The notes below the pieces were generated by a model, which did not search any database, was not told where the DNA came from, and saw only the letters and a program-made list of their open reading frames with translations. A DNA stretch of 35,991 nt, taken from the UHGV virus genome UHGV-0222783. One strand, written 5' to 3'. The DNA is from a virus. A program made the translations under genes and the position numbers. Below are positions 1 to 9,938 of this stretch, piece after piece (positions within the stretch are counted from its first letter, which is position 1; each line of letters starts with the position of its first letter).

Positions 1-458
1 ACCTTCCCTACCAGGTCTGAACCAGGGTGCATACAGCAATCACTCTGCGCCGCTTTGAAATCCTTATACTCATATTCTTGGGCCACCAGATTTTTTGCAG
101 CTTCTATAGCAGCATCCACCCCCTGCGCCCGCACTTCAGCCAGAAAAGCATCGGTGGCTGGGGTTTCAGTAACATCATCTTCCCATTCGCTAAACTCCTC
201 ACGACAAAAGTCATTAAATTCCTTCTCAGATTGCTTAAGTGAGGTATTTTCAGCAGCCATCTTCGCGCATTTAGCCTCAAGGTTATCAATCGTGATTCCA
301 GCAGAACTACACTCCCGCAACGCCGTTTCCAGTTTTGATTCAAGTTCACCGAACTTACGGACAAGGTATTCAGCGTTTGTTTCGTTAACCTTTAAATCAC
401 TTGGGATGCATTTACCTTTCAGAAAACCATCCATCTCAATTAGTGACATTTGTTTCAT
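1..458 (-). CDS. hypothetical protein, 3' end beyond window start (at least 152 aa; begins MKQMSLIEMDGFLKGK)
   Basis: Hand translation of the minus strand from ATG at 458 (plus 'cat' 456-458) stays open to position 3 with no stop. Not in the ORF track because it runs off the window edge. Charged, helix-rich composition. Last gene seen in the leftward PL operon. Confidence 0.4.
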   Translation of the reverse strand, partial: MKQMSLIEMDGFLKGKCIPSDLKVNETNAEYLVRKFGELESKLETALRECSSAGITIDNLEAKCAKMAAENTSLKQSEKEFNDFCREEFSEWEDDVTETPATDAFLAEVRAQGVDAAIEAAKNLVAQEYEYKDFKAAQSDCCMHPGSDLVGK

Positions 459-552
459 TTCTTCCCACTCCGCCACATCGCATTCAGATATTTGTTGTCA
501 TTAACAGAACCGAAACTCTTTCTCTTAAGCAAGTCCTCTCATGGTAAATTCC

Positions 553-849
553 TCAGTCATTACTGATAGCGCCATAGCGTGAGCGGTAATTACGCAGGCG
601 CGGGTCGATATATTCAGGGAAGCGGGTATATGTGGCTTTGCGGAATGGTCGGATTGATGTCTGGTAAATTCGCTCGCGTTCTTCTTTCTCTGCAAGCCAT
701 ATACAGTGGCGAAATTCCTTTTCCTCTTTCGTTTCCTGCGGTAGAGACATTATTCGATCGTAGTTTTTTCTGAATTTATCCAGCACCTCCGATACGGAAT
801 TGCCGGAACAGCGGCGCGGGTCATCCGCACCATACAAAGGCGCTGGCAT
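553..849 (-). CDS. hypothetical 98-aa protein downstream of erf/ssb; possibly an anti-RecBCD (Abc-like) accessory recombination protein by position only
   Basis: ORF track minus 553..849, ATG at 849. Sits in the slot that holds abc genes in P22-type PL operons; function not established from sequence. Confidence 0.45.
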   Translation of the reverse strand: MPAPLYGADDPRRCSGNSVSEVLDKFRKNYDRIMSLPQETKEEKEFRHCIWLAEKEERERIYQTSIRPFRKATYTRFPEYIDPRLRNYRSRYGAISND

Positions 850-872
850 AATTAAATCCTTATTTTTCTAAA

Positions 873-1256
873 TCAGAATGGGATGGAATCGTCGTATTCA
901 GGATTATTTTGATGATTGCTACTTTGCTGCTGTTGGCTGTTTCCTGAAGTTGCAAATCCAATCTTTGCATTCAGTAATTCAAGAGTGATTGATTGACCAT
1001 TTTGCCCCTGATAAACATCAACCCTGATGTTTTCTCCGGTAATTTCTACAATGCCTCCTTCAACCAGAACGCTACGATAGTAATCCGCTTGCGCTCCCGG
1101 CTTGGCAAATACAACGGCGCTGTAGTTTGTCCATTCTTTCTTTTTTGTCTGGCGATCGTAATACTGAACGCCAGCACGGATGTTGAATCCGATATTTTCC
1201 CCGCCCTGAAACTCTCTTGCGGGTTTGTTTAGTCTTACTGTAATCGAATGTGCCAT
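873..1256 (-). CDS. ssb: single-stranded DNA-binding protein (SSB-like, OB fold)
   Basis: Internal ATG of ORF 873..1346 at 1256 (MAHSITVRLNK...). C-terminal acidic tail ...PEYDDSIPF resembles the SSB DDDIPF tail, followed by a Gln/Ser-rich linker. Start overlaps erf stop (TAATG). Confidence 0.65.
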   Translation of the reverse strand: MAHSITVRLNKPAREFQGGENIGFNIRAGVQYYDRQTKKKEWTNYSAVVFAKPGAQADYYRSVLVEGGIVEITGENIRVDVYQGQNGQSITLELLNAKIGFATSGNSQQQQSSNHQNNPEYDDSIPF

Positions 1257-1861
1257 TAAGCAGTTGCCCCTTCTAATTCGTCTCGTCTGATGTTGTAAAC
1301 GTCCTGCGCTTTGTGCTGCTCCGGCGTCCCTTCGAGCATCTTCCACGCTTTGGCGAACGCCTGTTTAAGCTCTTCTACGGTGTTTTTCTGCATTGCTGCG
1401 TCAGTGAATGCTTTTAGAACCTGTTCAGGTGTAAGTGATGGTTTTGATTGCTTTGCTGCTGCGTTCTGCTGATGTTTATGCTCGTCTGTATCTGCATCTT
1501 TCGCATCATCAATGCCGAACAAACCATTGAGGCAATACTTGCGTGCATAAGAGCTTGTAGCTCCCGTAACTTGTGCAGAATCCATTCCTTTCTTGCTTTC
1601 TTCCTCTCGTGCAAGAGCGGTTGCCGTATGACTGTTTTCGCCATCGGTAATAGTTGCCGTGGCTTTCACGTAATACCGATCACCAATCAACACAACTTCA
1701 TCGCTGATTGATAAAAACAGACCGTTCAGTAACGGCTTAACGCCTTCAAGAATATCTTCGCAGCTTCTGTATTTATATTTGCCGAATGAGTTGTACTGAT
1801 TCTTTGGCGCGTTCAGATTCTCCTGAATAGCTGCCAGTCTTGCGTAAAATTCTTTGCTCAT
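1256..1861 (-). CDS. erf: Erf-family single-strand annealing recombinase (P22 Erf-like)
   Basis: Translation MSKEFYARLAAIQENLNAPKNQYNSFGKYKYRSCEDILEGVKPLL... matches the Erf N-terminal domain as recalled. ATG at 1861. Confidence 0.8.
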   Translation of the reverse strand: MSKEFYARLAAIQENLNAPKNQYNSFGKYKYRSCEDILEGVKPLLNGLFLSISDEVVLIGDRYYVKATATITDGENSHTATALAREEESKKGMDSAQVTGATSSYARKYCLNGLFGIDDAKDADTDEHKHQQNAAAKQSKPSLTPEQVLKAFTDAAMQKNTVEELKQAFAKAWKMLEGTPEQHKAQDVYNIRRDELEGATA

Positions 1862-1962
1862 ATGATTGCTCTCAGAATGGACACGGCCCAAGGAAATAAC
1901 GCTGATTTAATACTTCGACTCGGGACAAATTAAGGCATACCCGCATTCCTTCGCGGTCACCA

Positions 1963-2121
1963 TTATGGCGATACCAGAGAGCTTTCTGCGTGTACATGCG
2001 TCTCTGTAACTTGCTCTCCTTCACTGTGGTTGCAAGTGACATGAATATCTCCTTCGTTACCGATTAATTCTTTTATCTGACGAATGAATTCTTCGTCTGA
2101 CCAGTTATCCGTAAAACTCAT
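1963..2121 (-). CDS. small protein (52 aa) in the kil position downstream of cIII
   Basis: Internal ATG at 2121 overlaps the upstream stop (ATGA). MSFTDNWSDEEFIRQIKELIGNEG... Function inferred from position only. Confidence 0.35.
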   Translation of the reverse strand: MSFTDNWSDEEFIRQIKELIGNEGDIHVTCNHSEGEQVTETHVHAESSLVSP

Positions 2122-2288
2122 GGACGGCCTTGTTGTTTCAAAATATCCCAAAGCTTTTCGAGCAAGCTTTTCATTCTTGGTTGTTTAAAGTCTGCTCCGG
2201 TTAAAATGTTTTTTCGTGAATGCTGTACCGATAAAATCGGGTTGAAAGGGCGAACCGATGCCGCCCCTGCAATAGCGAACTGTTGCAT
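2118..2288 (-). CDS. cIII: CIII-like protein (FtsH-inhibitor family)
   Basis: MQQFAIAGAASVRPF...KSLLEKLWDILKQQGRP resembles lambda CIII (MQYAIAG... amphipathic helix ...LLERI...LIDILNQPG). ATG at 2288 preceded by AGGAG. Confidence 0.6.
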   Translation of the reverse strand: MQQFAIAGAASVRPFNPILSVQHSRKNILTGADFKQPRMKSLLEKLWDILKQQGRP

Positions 2289-2473
2289 AGGATGCTCCTT
2301 CTGTTTGATTGCATAACGAAAACGCCTCGAGTGAAGCGTTATTGGTATGCATATAAAAAAGCCCTCACATTGGAGGGCAAAGAAGATTTCCAATAATCAG
2401 AACAAGTCGGCTCCTGTTTAGTTACGAGCGACATTGCTCCGTGTATTCACTCGTTGGAATGAATACACAGTGC

Positions 2474-2662
2474 TTATTCGTCATGCATTTCAGGTAACTC
2501 TTCGTATTCGACGCTCCATACGTTTTCACACCAACTAACTCGCTCATATCTTTTACAGAAAGCAGACCACATAACTAGTGTTCCATCATGGTTTGTTATT
2601 ACTTCTGTAATATCACCAACACTAACAAAACTGGTATTAGAAGCGGTTATTTTTACTTTCAT
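2474..2662 (-). CDS. hypothetical protein (62 aa)
   Basis: ORF track. Start ATG overlaps the upstream stop (TAATG), indicating translational coupling in the PL operon. Confidence 0.4.
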   Translation of the reverse strand: MKVKITASNTSFVSVGDITEVITNHDGTLVMWSAFCKRYERVSWCENVWSVEYEELPEMHDE

Positions 2663-2958
2663 TACTTATCCCCAAGAGCTTTTCTTATTGCTGCGAGACC
2701 TTTATTAACAGCTCCATACCATTCTGGATATGTTGTCGTTGTTCTATTTTTGGTTTGCTTAAGTAATAACTGAAGTGCTTCGAGAAGGTCAGGTGCTGCC
2801 GCTATTAGATTGGCATCTTCAATGCATTGAACTTCCTCACAGATTGCAATATACGAACGCCAGCCTGCGCCATTTTCAAGTGAGTCTGCCTGGATGATTT
2901 TAATCTCATCCCCATCCATCATTATTTCCCACTTACCTTCAGTACCTTTAAATTCCAT
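2662..2958 (-). CDS. Ead/Ea22-like phage protein
   Basis: Contains the motif ANLIAAAPDLLEALQLL, which I recall as typical of Ead/Ea22-like lambdoid early proteins. ATG at 2958 with AGAGG SD. Confidence 0.5.
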   Translation of the reverse strand: MEFKGTEGKWEIMMDGDEIKIIQADSLENGAGWRSYIAICEEVQCIEDANLIAAAPDLLEALQLLLKQTKNRTTTTYPEWYGAVNKGLAAIRKALGDK

Positions 2959-3004
2959 GTTAGCCTCTGTTGTTTATGCCAAAAATAAAGGCCGACTATG
3001 CGGC

Positions 3005-3475
3005 CTAGTAGAATACCCAATTTTCTGTTTCTTGGTTGTGTCCAAAGTTATATTCAATATCTGGTGTTGATGTATCAATATTCTTCATCCCATCAACAAG
3101 AGTTGATACAACAGCCAAATCTTGTTTGATTCTCATTAAATGGTATTTCTTCCGGCGCAATAAACTTTCAATGGCAAGTTTCTTCGTTGGGAATGCAAAA
3201 GATCTTTCTGCATTTTTTGCTACTTTCTTAATTGCATATCTATTTCTCTTTTGTTTCCATTCCTGTAACCACTGATTTGGTGCTGGTTTAAAATTAACAA
3301 TCCAATGCGCAGGAACCAACCATGCATAATGCTCTGTCTGATGAAAAGCTATATATTGAAGTGCGAATATTTTGATTCCATCTTCTTCAACTGTCGCCTG
3401 GAATCTCCAGAAAACAGGCATTCCATCATGTTCAGTTTCTGATTCAGGAAAAGGTACGCTCCATGATTTTGTCAT
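3005..3475 (-). CDS. hypothetical protein (156 aa), PL-operon accessory gene
   Basis: ORF track; ATG at 3475 with GAGGTGA SD. No family recognised by eye. Confidence 0.5.
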   Translation of the reverse strand: MTKSWSVPFPESETEHDGMPVFWRFQATVEEDGIKIFALQYIAFHQTEHYAWLVPAHWIVNFKPAPNQWLQEWKQKRNRYAIKKVAKNAERSFAFPTKKLAIESLLRRKKYHLMRIKQDLAVVSTLVDGMKNIDTSTPDIEYNFGHNQETENWVFY

Positions 3476-3529
3476 ATCTCACCTCAAATAAGTGGCTTGC
3501 TGCGAAAATAAATCCGCTTAAGTTACCTG

Positions 3530-3667
3530 TTATTTATCCCACCAAGTTCCGTATCTATCTATCCAGTTACACCAATCATCGACACTCCATTTTGTTGTGT
3601 CGCATTTTGGCAACTGGCATGAATATCTACCTTCTTTGTAAAGTCGGCGTTTGACTTTCTTGAGCAT
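3530..3667 (-). CDS. small Cys-containing ORF (45 aa), possible zinc-ribbon-like peptide
   Basis: Hand translation MLKKVKRRLYKEGRYSCQLPKCDTTKWSVDDWCNWIDRYGTWWDK. ATG at 3667 with GAGGTGA SD, 8 nt after N stop. Below the ORF-track size cutoff. Confidence 0.3.
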   Translation of the reverse strand: MLKKVKRRLYKEGRYSCQLPKCDTTKWSVDDWCNWIDRYGTWWDK

Positions 3668-3675
3668 GGCTCACC

Positions 3676-4008
3676 TCAATCGTAATAAGCTGGAATTGAT
3701 TTTCCGCGTTGCTTCTGGCGGCCTGAGCAAGTCACACCCATTTCACTGCGTGGCTTGCTGTACCATGTGCGCTGATTCTTGCGCTCAATACGTTGCAGGT
3801 TGCTTTCAATCTGTTCGTGGTATTCAGCCAGCACCGTAAGGTCTATCGGATTCAGTGCGCTTTCTACTCGTGATTTCGGTTTGCGATTCAGCGAGAGAAT
3901 AGGGCGGTTAACTGGTTTTGCGCTTACCCCAACCAACAGGGGATTTGCTGCTTTCCATTGAGCCTGTTTCTCTGCGCGACGTTCGCGGCGGCGTGTTTGT
4001 GCATCCAT
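3676..4008 (-). CDS. N: antitermination protein N (lambda N-like, arginine-rich motif)
   Basis: Internal ATG at 4008 gives MDAQTRRRERRAEKQAQWKAANPLLVGVSAKPV..., the lambda N N-terminus with the Arg-rich boxB-binding motif. AGGAG SD upstream. Confidence 0.85.
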   Translation of the reverse strand: MDAQTRRRERRAEKQAQWKAANPLLVGVSAKPVNRPILSLNRKPKSRVESALNPIDLTVLAEYHEQIESNLQRIERKNQRTWYSKPRSEMGVTCSGRQKQRGKSIPAYYD

Positions 4009-4118
4009 CTGGATTCTCCTGTCAGTTAGCTTTGAGTAACGCGCCGTGATGCTTATCTCCACGGTTGCTGTCTTGCAGCTGCATTTCGCGCTACTCAAAG
4101 CCTTCTGCTTTGAATGCT

Positions 4119-4150
4119 GCCCTTCTTCAGGGCTTAATTTTTAAGAGCAT
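4119..4150 (-). promoter_or_regulatory. nutL (boxA + boxB)
   Basis: Minus-strand reading gives TGCTCTTAA (boxA-like) followed by GCCCTGAAGAAGGGC (boxB hairpin), between PL and N. Confidence 0.7.
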
Positions 4151-4193
4151 CACCTTCATGGTGGTCAGTGCGTCCTGCTGATGGCTTAAAATT

Positions 4194-4261
4194 ACAAGAA
4201 AGATTGTATGTTGTAAACAAGAAATATTGTAAAAAGGGGCGTGAAAAACAAACTCCATTGT
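4194..4261. promoter_or_regulatory. OL operator cluster / PL region (434-type operators)
   Basis: Three 14-bp sites of form ACAA-N6-TTGT: acaagaaagattgt (4194..4207), acaagaaatattgt (4217..4230), acaaactccattgt (4248..4261). Confidence 0.7.
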
Positions 4262-4310
4262 TTTTAAATGAAAAATAGTTTGTTTTTGGTTATCGAGATT
4301 GAGGTGGGGA

Positions 4311-5663
<1,353 letters not shown>

Positions 5664-5671
5664 GACATTCC

Positions 5672-5703
5672 CGCTCTTACACATCCCAGCCCTGAAAAAG
5701 GGC
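5672..5703 (+). promoter_or_regulatory. nutR (boxA + boxB)
   Basis: CGCTCTTA (5672..5679) and boxB hairpin GCCCTGAAAAAGGGC (5689..5703) immediately after cro. Confidence 0.75.
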
Positions 5704-5782
5704 ATCAAATTAAACCACACCTATGGTGTATGCATTTATTTGCATACATTCAATCAATTGTTATCTAAGGAAATACTTACAT

Positions 5783-6061
5783 ATGCAACTTACAAGTACT
5801 CGCAAGAAAGCGAATGCAATTACAAGCAACATCCTGAATCGAATTGCTGTACGTGGTCAGCGAAAGGTTGCCGACGCGTTAGGGGTTAATGAATCGCAAA
5901 TTTCGCGATGGAAAGACAGCTTCATCCCCAAAATGGGAATGCTTCTGGCTGTTCTTGAATGGGGTGTTGAAGACGAGGAGTTGGCGGAACTGGCTAAGCA
6001 AGTAGCCAGAATGCTGACAAAAGAAAAAGCCCCGAAGAACGGCGAATTCTTCGAGGCCTAA
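5783..6061 (+). CDS. cII: CII-family transcriptional activator
   Basis: ...QRKVADALGVNESQISRWKDSFIPKMGMLLAVLEWGV... aligns with lambda CII (..GVDKSQISRWKRDWIPKFSMLLAVLEWGV..). ATG at 5783. Confidence 0.8.
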   Translation: MQLTSTRKKANAITSNILNRIAVRGQRKVADALGVNESQISRWKDSFIPKMGMLLAVLEWGVEDEELAELAKQVARMLTKEKAPKNGEFFEA

Positions 6062-6095
6062 TGTAGAAAGACTGGATCAATCCACGGGAGTAATT

Positions 6096-6257
6096 ATGAC
6101 AAAACGTCGTAAGAAATACCAGGAAAAAGAAGAGATTCGACACCCTGATTCACCTGAGGGATTAGTGGTAGCCGCAGCAAATAACAGGGCGTTCGCAGAG
6201 CGCCTTGTTGGTGTTTACAGACTAGCTAAAGCAGGAGTGAAACATGGGCGTCGTTAA
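6096..6257 (+). CDS. small basic ORF (53 aa) between cII and the O-like gene
   Basis: Hand translation [53 protein letters not shown]. Overlaps the O-like start by 14 nt; no clear SD. Below track cutoff. Confidence 0.25.
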   Translation: MTKRRKKYQEKEEIRHPDSPEGLVVAAANNRAFAERLVGVYRLAKAGVKHGRR

Positions 6258-7074
6258 GTTAGCTGATTACAGGCCTCAACTGGAGGTCGTGGAGCATCGC
6301 GTGGCAGAACTCGAAGATGGCTACACTCGGACTGCAAACACACTGTTAGAAGCCGCCATGCTTTCTGGACTTACTCTACATCAGTTACTGATTGTTATGG
6401 CTGTGTGGCGCAAGACATACGGTTACAACAAAAAAATAGATTGGATCGGAAACGAACAGTTCGCTGAACTCACTGGCATGGCACCAACCAAATGCTCTAC
6501 CGCCAAAAACGAGCTTATCAGAATGGGAGTTCTCATTCAGGTGGGGCGTCAAGTTGGTATGAATACAAACATTTCCGAGTGGAAAACGAAAGTTAACGGA
6601 TTCGGTAAAACATTTACCAATTCGGTAAAACAAACCTTCACCAAATCGGTAAAAAGCAATTTACCGAATCAGTCAAACACAAAAGACAATATACAAAAGA
6701 CAATAAATACAAATACCCCCTTACCCCCTAGCGGGGGCGGCGATGGGCAGGTTAAACCTGAACGTCGCAAGGCAGAACGAATCGACTACGAATCCTTCCT
6801 GAACGCCTACAACACCGAAGTCGGTGACAGACTTCCACACGCTGTTGCGGTCAACGAGAAACGAAAACGCCGCCTGAAGAAAATCATCCCGCAACTGAAA
6901 ACGCCAAACGTGGACGGTTTCAGAGCGTATGTCAGGGCGTTTGTGCATCAGGCCAAGCCGTTTTACTTCGGAGACAACGACACTGGCTGGACGGCAGATT
7001 TTGATTACCTGCTGAGGGAAGATTCGTTAACGGGAGTACGGGAAGGGAAGTTTGCAGACAGGGGGATTGCATGA
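6244..7074 (+). CDS. replication initiator, lambda O N-terminal-domain family (P22 gene 18-like)
   Basis: ...[16 protein letters not shown]...[11 protein letters not shown]...NISEW... parallels the lambda O N-domain. Internal iterons. Followed by and overlapping a helicase gene. Confidence 0.8.
   Translation: MGVVKLADYRPQLEVVEHRVAELEDGYTRTANTLLEAAMLSGLTLHQLLIVMAVWRKTYGYNKKIDWIGNEQFAELTGMAPTKCSTAKNELIRMGVLIQVGRQVGMNTNISEWKTKVNGFGKTFTNSVKQTFTKSVKSNLPNQSNTKDNIQKTINTNTPLPPSGGGDGQVKPERRKAERIDYESFLNAYNTEVGDRLPHAVAVNEKRKRRLKKIIPQLKTPNVDGFRAYVRAFVHQAKPFYFGDNDTGWTADFDYLLREDSLTGVREGKFADRGIA
6596..6725. repeat. ori-like iteron array plus A/T-rich tract inside the O-like gene
   Basis: Repeated ttcggtaaaa (6601..6610, 6621..6630), atcggtaaaaa (6645..6655) and inverted ttaccgaatc (6661..6670), followed by the A-rich run aaaagacaatatacaaaagacaataaatacaaata. 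Confidence 0.6.
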
Positions 7075-8447
7075 GACAGGATATCGAAGCGAGCGTTATC
7101 GGTGGCCTGCTGATTGGTGGATTAACTCCAACTGCCAGTGACGTTCTGGCAACGCTTGAGCCGGAAGCATTTTCAATTCCGCTCTACCGGAAAGCCTTTG
7201 AGGTTATCCGCAAGCAGGCGAGAAACAGAAACCTAATCGACGCGCTGATGGTTGCCGAAGCGTGCGGAGAGGAGCATTTCACGTCAATCCTGATGACCAG
7301 CAAAAACTGCCCGAGTGCCGCAAACCTGAAGGGATATGCCGGAATGGTCGCGGATAACTATCACCGCCGTCTGGTGCTGGAAATCATGGATGAAATGCGT
7401 GAACCAATTCAGAGCGGCACCATCGACGTATCGAGTCAGGCGATGGATGAACTTGTAAAGCGTCTCTCAGCCATCAGAAAGCCCCGTGACGAGGTTAAAC
7501 CTGTACGGTTAGGGGAAATCATTACTGACTATACTGACACGCTTGACAGGCGTCTGAGGAACGGAGAAGAGTCAGATACCCTGAAGACCGGAATTGAAGA
7601 ACTTGATGCCATCACCGGAGGGATGAACGCGGAAGACCTGGTGATAATCGCTGCTCGTCCTGGTATGGGGAAAACCGAACTGGCGCTGAAGATTGCCGAA
7701 GGCGTTGCAAGCCGCGTTATTCCTGGTTCTGACGTCCGGCGCGGGGTATTGATTTTCTCAATGGAAATGAGCGCATTGCAGATTGCAGAGCGAAGCATTG
7801 CCAACGCCGGGAGGATGTCGGTTAGCGTACTGCGAAATCCTGCATCGATGGATGACGAGGGCTGGGCACGTGTTGCTAACGGCATGAGTCAGCTTGCAGA
7901 TTTGGATGTATGGGTAGTCGATGCCTCGCGATTATCGGTCGAAGAAATACGCTCAATCGCAGAACGGCACAAACAGGAAAATCCAAACCTCTCACTCATC
8001 ATGGCGGATTATCTTGGCCTGATTGAGAAGCCGAAAGCAGACCGCAACGACCTCGCAATTGCTCACATCTCCGGAAGCCTGAAGGCGATGGCGAAAGACC
8101 TGAAAACACCGGTTATTTCCCTGAGTCAGCTTTCACGCGATGTTGAGAAGCGACCAAACAAACGCCCGACAAACGCAGATTTGCGTGATTCAGGAAGCAT
8201 TGAACAGGACGCAGACTCAATCATCATGCTCTATCGGGAAGCGGTATATGACGAGAACAGTAGCGCCGCGCCATTTGCTGAAATCATCGTGACGAAAAAC
8301 CGTTTTGGCTCACTTGGTACGGTTTACCAGCGGTTCTGCAACGGACACTTTGTTGCATGTGACCAGGATGAAGCCAGACAGATTTGCACAGCATCAAATG
8401 CACCTGCTGCGCGTGGCAGACGATATGCACAAGGGGCTGACGTATGA
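7071..8447 (+). CDS. DnaB-family replicative helicase (P22 gene 12-like)
   Basis: 458 aa. Walker [16 protein letters not shown], DnaB-like C-terminal RecA fold motifs. ATG overlaps the O-like stop. Confidence 0.9.
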   Translation: MRQDIEASVIGGLLIGGLTPTASDVLATLEPEAFSIPLYRKAFEVIRKQARNRNLIDALMVAEACGEEHFTSILMTSKNCPSAANLKGYAGMVADNYHRRLVLEIMDEMREPIQSGTIDVSSQAMDELVKRLSAIRKPRDEVKPVRLGEIITDYTDTLDRRLRNGEESDTLKTGIEELDAITGGMNAEDLVIIAARPGMGKTELALKIAEGVASRVIPGSDVRRGVLIFSMEMSALQIAERSIANAGRMSVSVLRNPASMDDEGWARVANGMSQLADLDVWVVDASRLSVEEIRSIAERHKQENPNLSLIMADYLGLIEKPKADRNDLAIAHISGSLKAMAKDLKTPVISLSQLSRDVEKRPNKRPTNADLRDSGSIEQDADSIIMLYREAVYDENSSAAPFAEIIVTKNRFGSLGTVYQRFCNGHFVACDQDEARQICTASNAPAARGRRYAQGADV

Positions 8448-8519
8448 CCATCTACATCACTGAGCTTGTAACAGGCCTGCTGGTAATCGCAGGCCTTTTT
8501 ATTTGGGGGAGGGTAAATC

Positions 8520-8726
8520 GTGGTTGAGTTGATTTTTTCTGCATTGAGGATTCTCGGTGCTATGTGGATGGTAGCGACGTTCATTGTGGTTGCCAGCAGT
8601 TTTGTCCGGTTGGTAGGCGAAGGTAAAGACCTGGTTGGTGTGCTTTTCGGTAGCATTTTTCTGTGGGTGATTATCGGTGTTATGCCTGTTGTCGTAGCAA
8701 AAGTGGCGTGGCGTTTTGTGAGTTAA
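8520..8726 (+). CDS. small hydrophobic membrane protein (68 aa)
   Basis: ORF track, GTG start. Two predicted transmembrane stretches (MWMVATFIVVASSFV, IFLWVIIGVMPVVVA). Confidence 0.35.
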   Translation: MVELIFSALRILGAMWMVATFIVVASSFVRLVGEGKDLVGVLFGSIFLWVIIGVMPVVVAKVAWRFVS

Positions 8727-8738
8727 TCGGAGGTTAAT

Positions 8739-9155
8739 GTGAGCAAGTGCCAAAAGTGCAATAACACAGGAATGTGTGATAGCGGAGGTTCTACTCCTTG
8801 GGGAGAGCCGATTTTTATTGAATGTGACTGCCTTATGAAAGATGACGAAAGCAGATGCCAGTTTGAAGAGAGTTGGTTACGACGTGGGGGCGAATCTTCA
8901 GACCTTATCCGTTACCCTGAAAATCACCATGAAATTGGCAGTGGTGATATTGGTGGTCAATACGTGATGGACGATGTTCAAGGCCACTGGCAAACGTGGC
9001 AGGCATCGAGAGCAGCTATTGAAATTGAGCTGCAAAAGCCAAAGAAAGGCCCACTTCCCGGTGATTATCACATTGGCTATGACTCAGGTGCAGAATCGCA
9101 ATACGAAAGCGATGTAGAGGCTATCCGCGCCGCTGGAATCAAAGTGAAGGAGTGA
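8739..9155 (+). CDS. hypothetical Cys-rich protein (138 aa), nin-region
   Basis: GTG start after GGAGG SD. N-terminal CxxC...C...CxC cluster (CQKCNNTGMCDSGG...IECDC), acidic C-terminal half. Confidence 0.5.
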   Translation: MSKCQKCNNTGMCDSGGSTPWGEPIFIECDCLMKDDESRCQFEESWLRRGGESSDLIRYPENHHEIGSGDIGGQYVMDDVQGHWQTWQASRAAIEIELQKPKKGPLPGDYHIGYDSGAESQYESDVEAIRAAGIKVKE

Positions 9156-9157
9156 GC

Positions 9158-9343
9158 ATGAGTCGACGAAGTAGCTTTTTGGGGTTTGTAATATTCCTGT
9201 CCTGCACTGGTTACATCGTAATCTGGTCAATTTCGAACATTGACCGTGGCGGGAAATATCTCATTGTAATGTTCTTTCCTTTGTTTCTTGGGTGGTACGC
9301 CGCAAGGTTGCTGGAAGAATGGGGTTACAGGCATAAAAAATAA
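9158..9343 (+). CDS. small membrane protein (61 aa)
   Basis: ATG 9158 after GAAGGAG. Two hydrophobic segments. Confidence 0.4.
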   Translation: MSRRSSFLGFVIFLSCTGYIVIWSISNIDRGGKYLIVMFFPLFLGWYAARLLEEWGYRHKK

Positions 9344-9354
9344 AGGAGTATTCA

Positions 9355-9765
9355 GTGAAGCAAACAATCTTCCTCCGAACTAAGCAACAACAGCAAGCTG
9401 CAATAAATGCCATCCTCGCAACACCACTCGATAAAGACAAGCCAGTCACCATCCGCATTACTGACTACAAGCGCAACCTTGACCAGAACGCAAAATTTCA
9501 CGCGATGGTCGCAGATATCGCTAGGCAAGTTCAGTGGCGCGATAAATGGTTAAAACCAGAACAATGGAAGGTTTTGTTGATCAGCGGTCATGCAGTGGCA
9601 ACAAAACAGGAAGCTGATGTTTTGCCCGGGCTTGAAGGCGAATACGTCAACATTCGCGAAAGCAGCGCGCAGATGAGTGTGAAGCGTATGGCAAGTCTGA
9701 TCGAGTACACAACAGCATGGGCTATTGGTCAGGGTGTCAGATTTACCGACAGGAGGTACGAATGA
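9355..9765 (+). CDS. ninB: NinB (Orf-family recombination mediator)
   Basis: ...[27 protein letters not shown]... parallels lambda NinB. GTG start after AAGGAG. Confidence 0.8.
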   Translation: MKQTIFLRTKQQQQAAINAILATPLDKDKPVTIRITDYKRNLDQNAKFHAMVADIARQVQWRDKWLKPEQWKVLLISGHAVATKQEADVLPGLEGEYVNIRESSAQMSVKRMASLIEYTTAWAIGQGVRFTDRRYE

Positions 9766-9938
9766 GGCGACAGCGACGAAGTATCACCGACATCATCTGC
9801 GAAAACTGCAAATACCTTCCAACGAAACGCACCAGAAATAAACGCAAGCCAATCCCAAAAGAATCTGACGTAAAAACCTTCAACTACACGGCTCACCTGT
9901 GGGATATCCGGTTGCTAAGACATCGTGCGAGGAAATGA
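9762..9938 (+). CDS. ninE: NinE
   Basis: [49 protein letters not shown]... matches lambda NinE as recalled. ATG at 9762 after AGGAGG. Confidence 0.8.
   Translation: MRRQRRSITDIICENCKYLPTKRTRNKRKPIPKESDVKTFNYTAHLWDIRLLRHRARK

Noticed and set aside
55-504. Plus-strand 149-aa ORF at the window start
   Set aside because: Ser-rich low-complexity translation, no SD, lying antisense to a clean minus-strand frame that continues the leftward operon; judged spurious.
6096-6257. Idea that the small ORF and the O-like gene form one frameshifted initiator gene
   Set aside because: The O-like gene has its own good SD and ATG at 6244 and its N-terminus aligns with the lambda O start; the small ORF is in another frame and is kept only as a low-confidence separate call.
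7529-7885. Antisense ORFs inside the helicase gene, and similar ones inside terminase (16049..16399), portal (18732..19256), coat and ejection-protein genes
   Set aside because: Embedded in the opposite strand of strongly supported long genes, with biased Ser/Arg/Leu composition typical of antisense frames.
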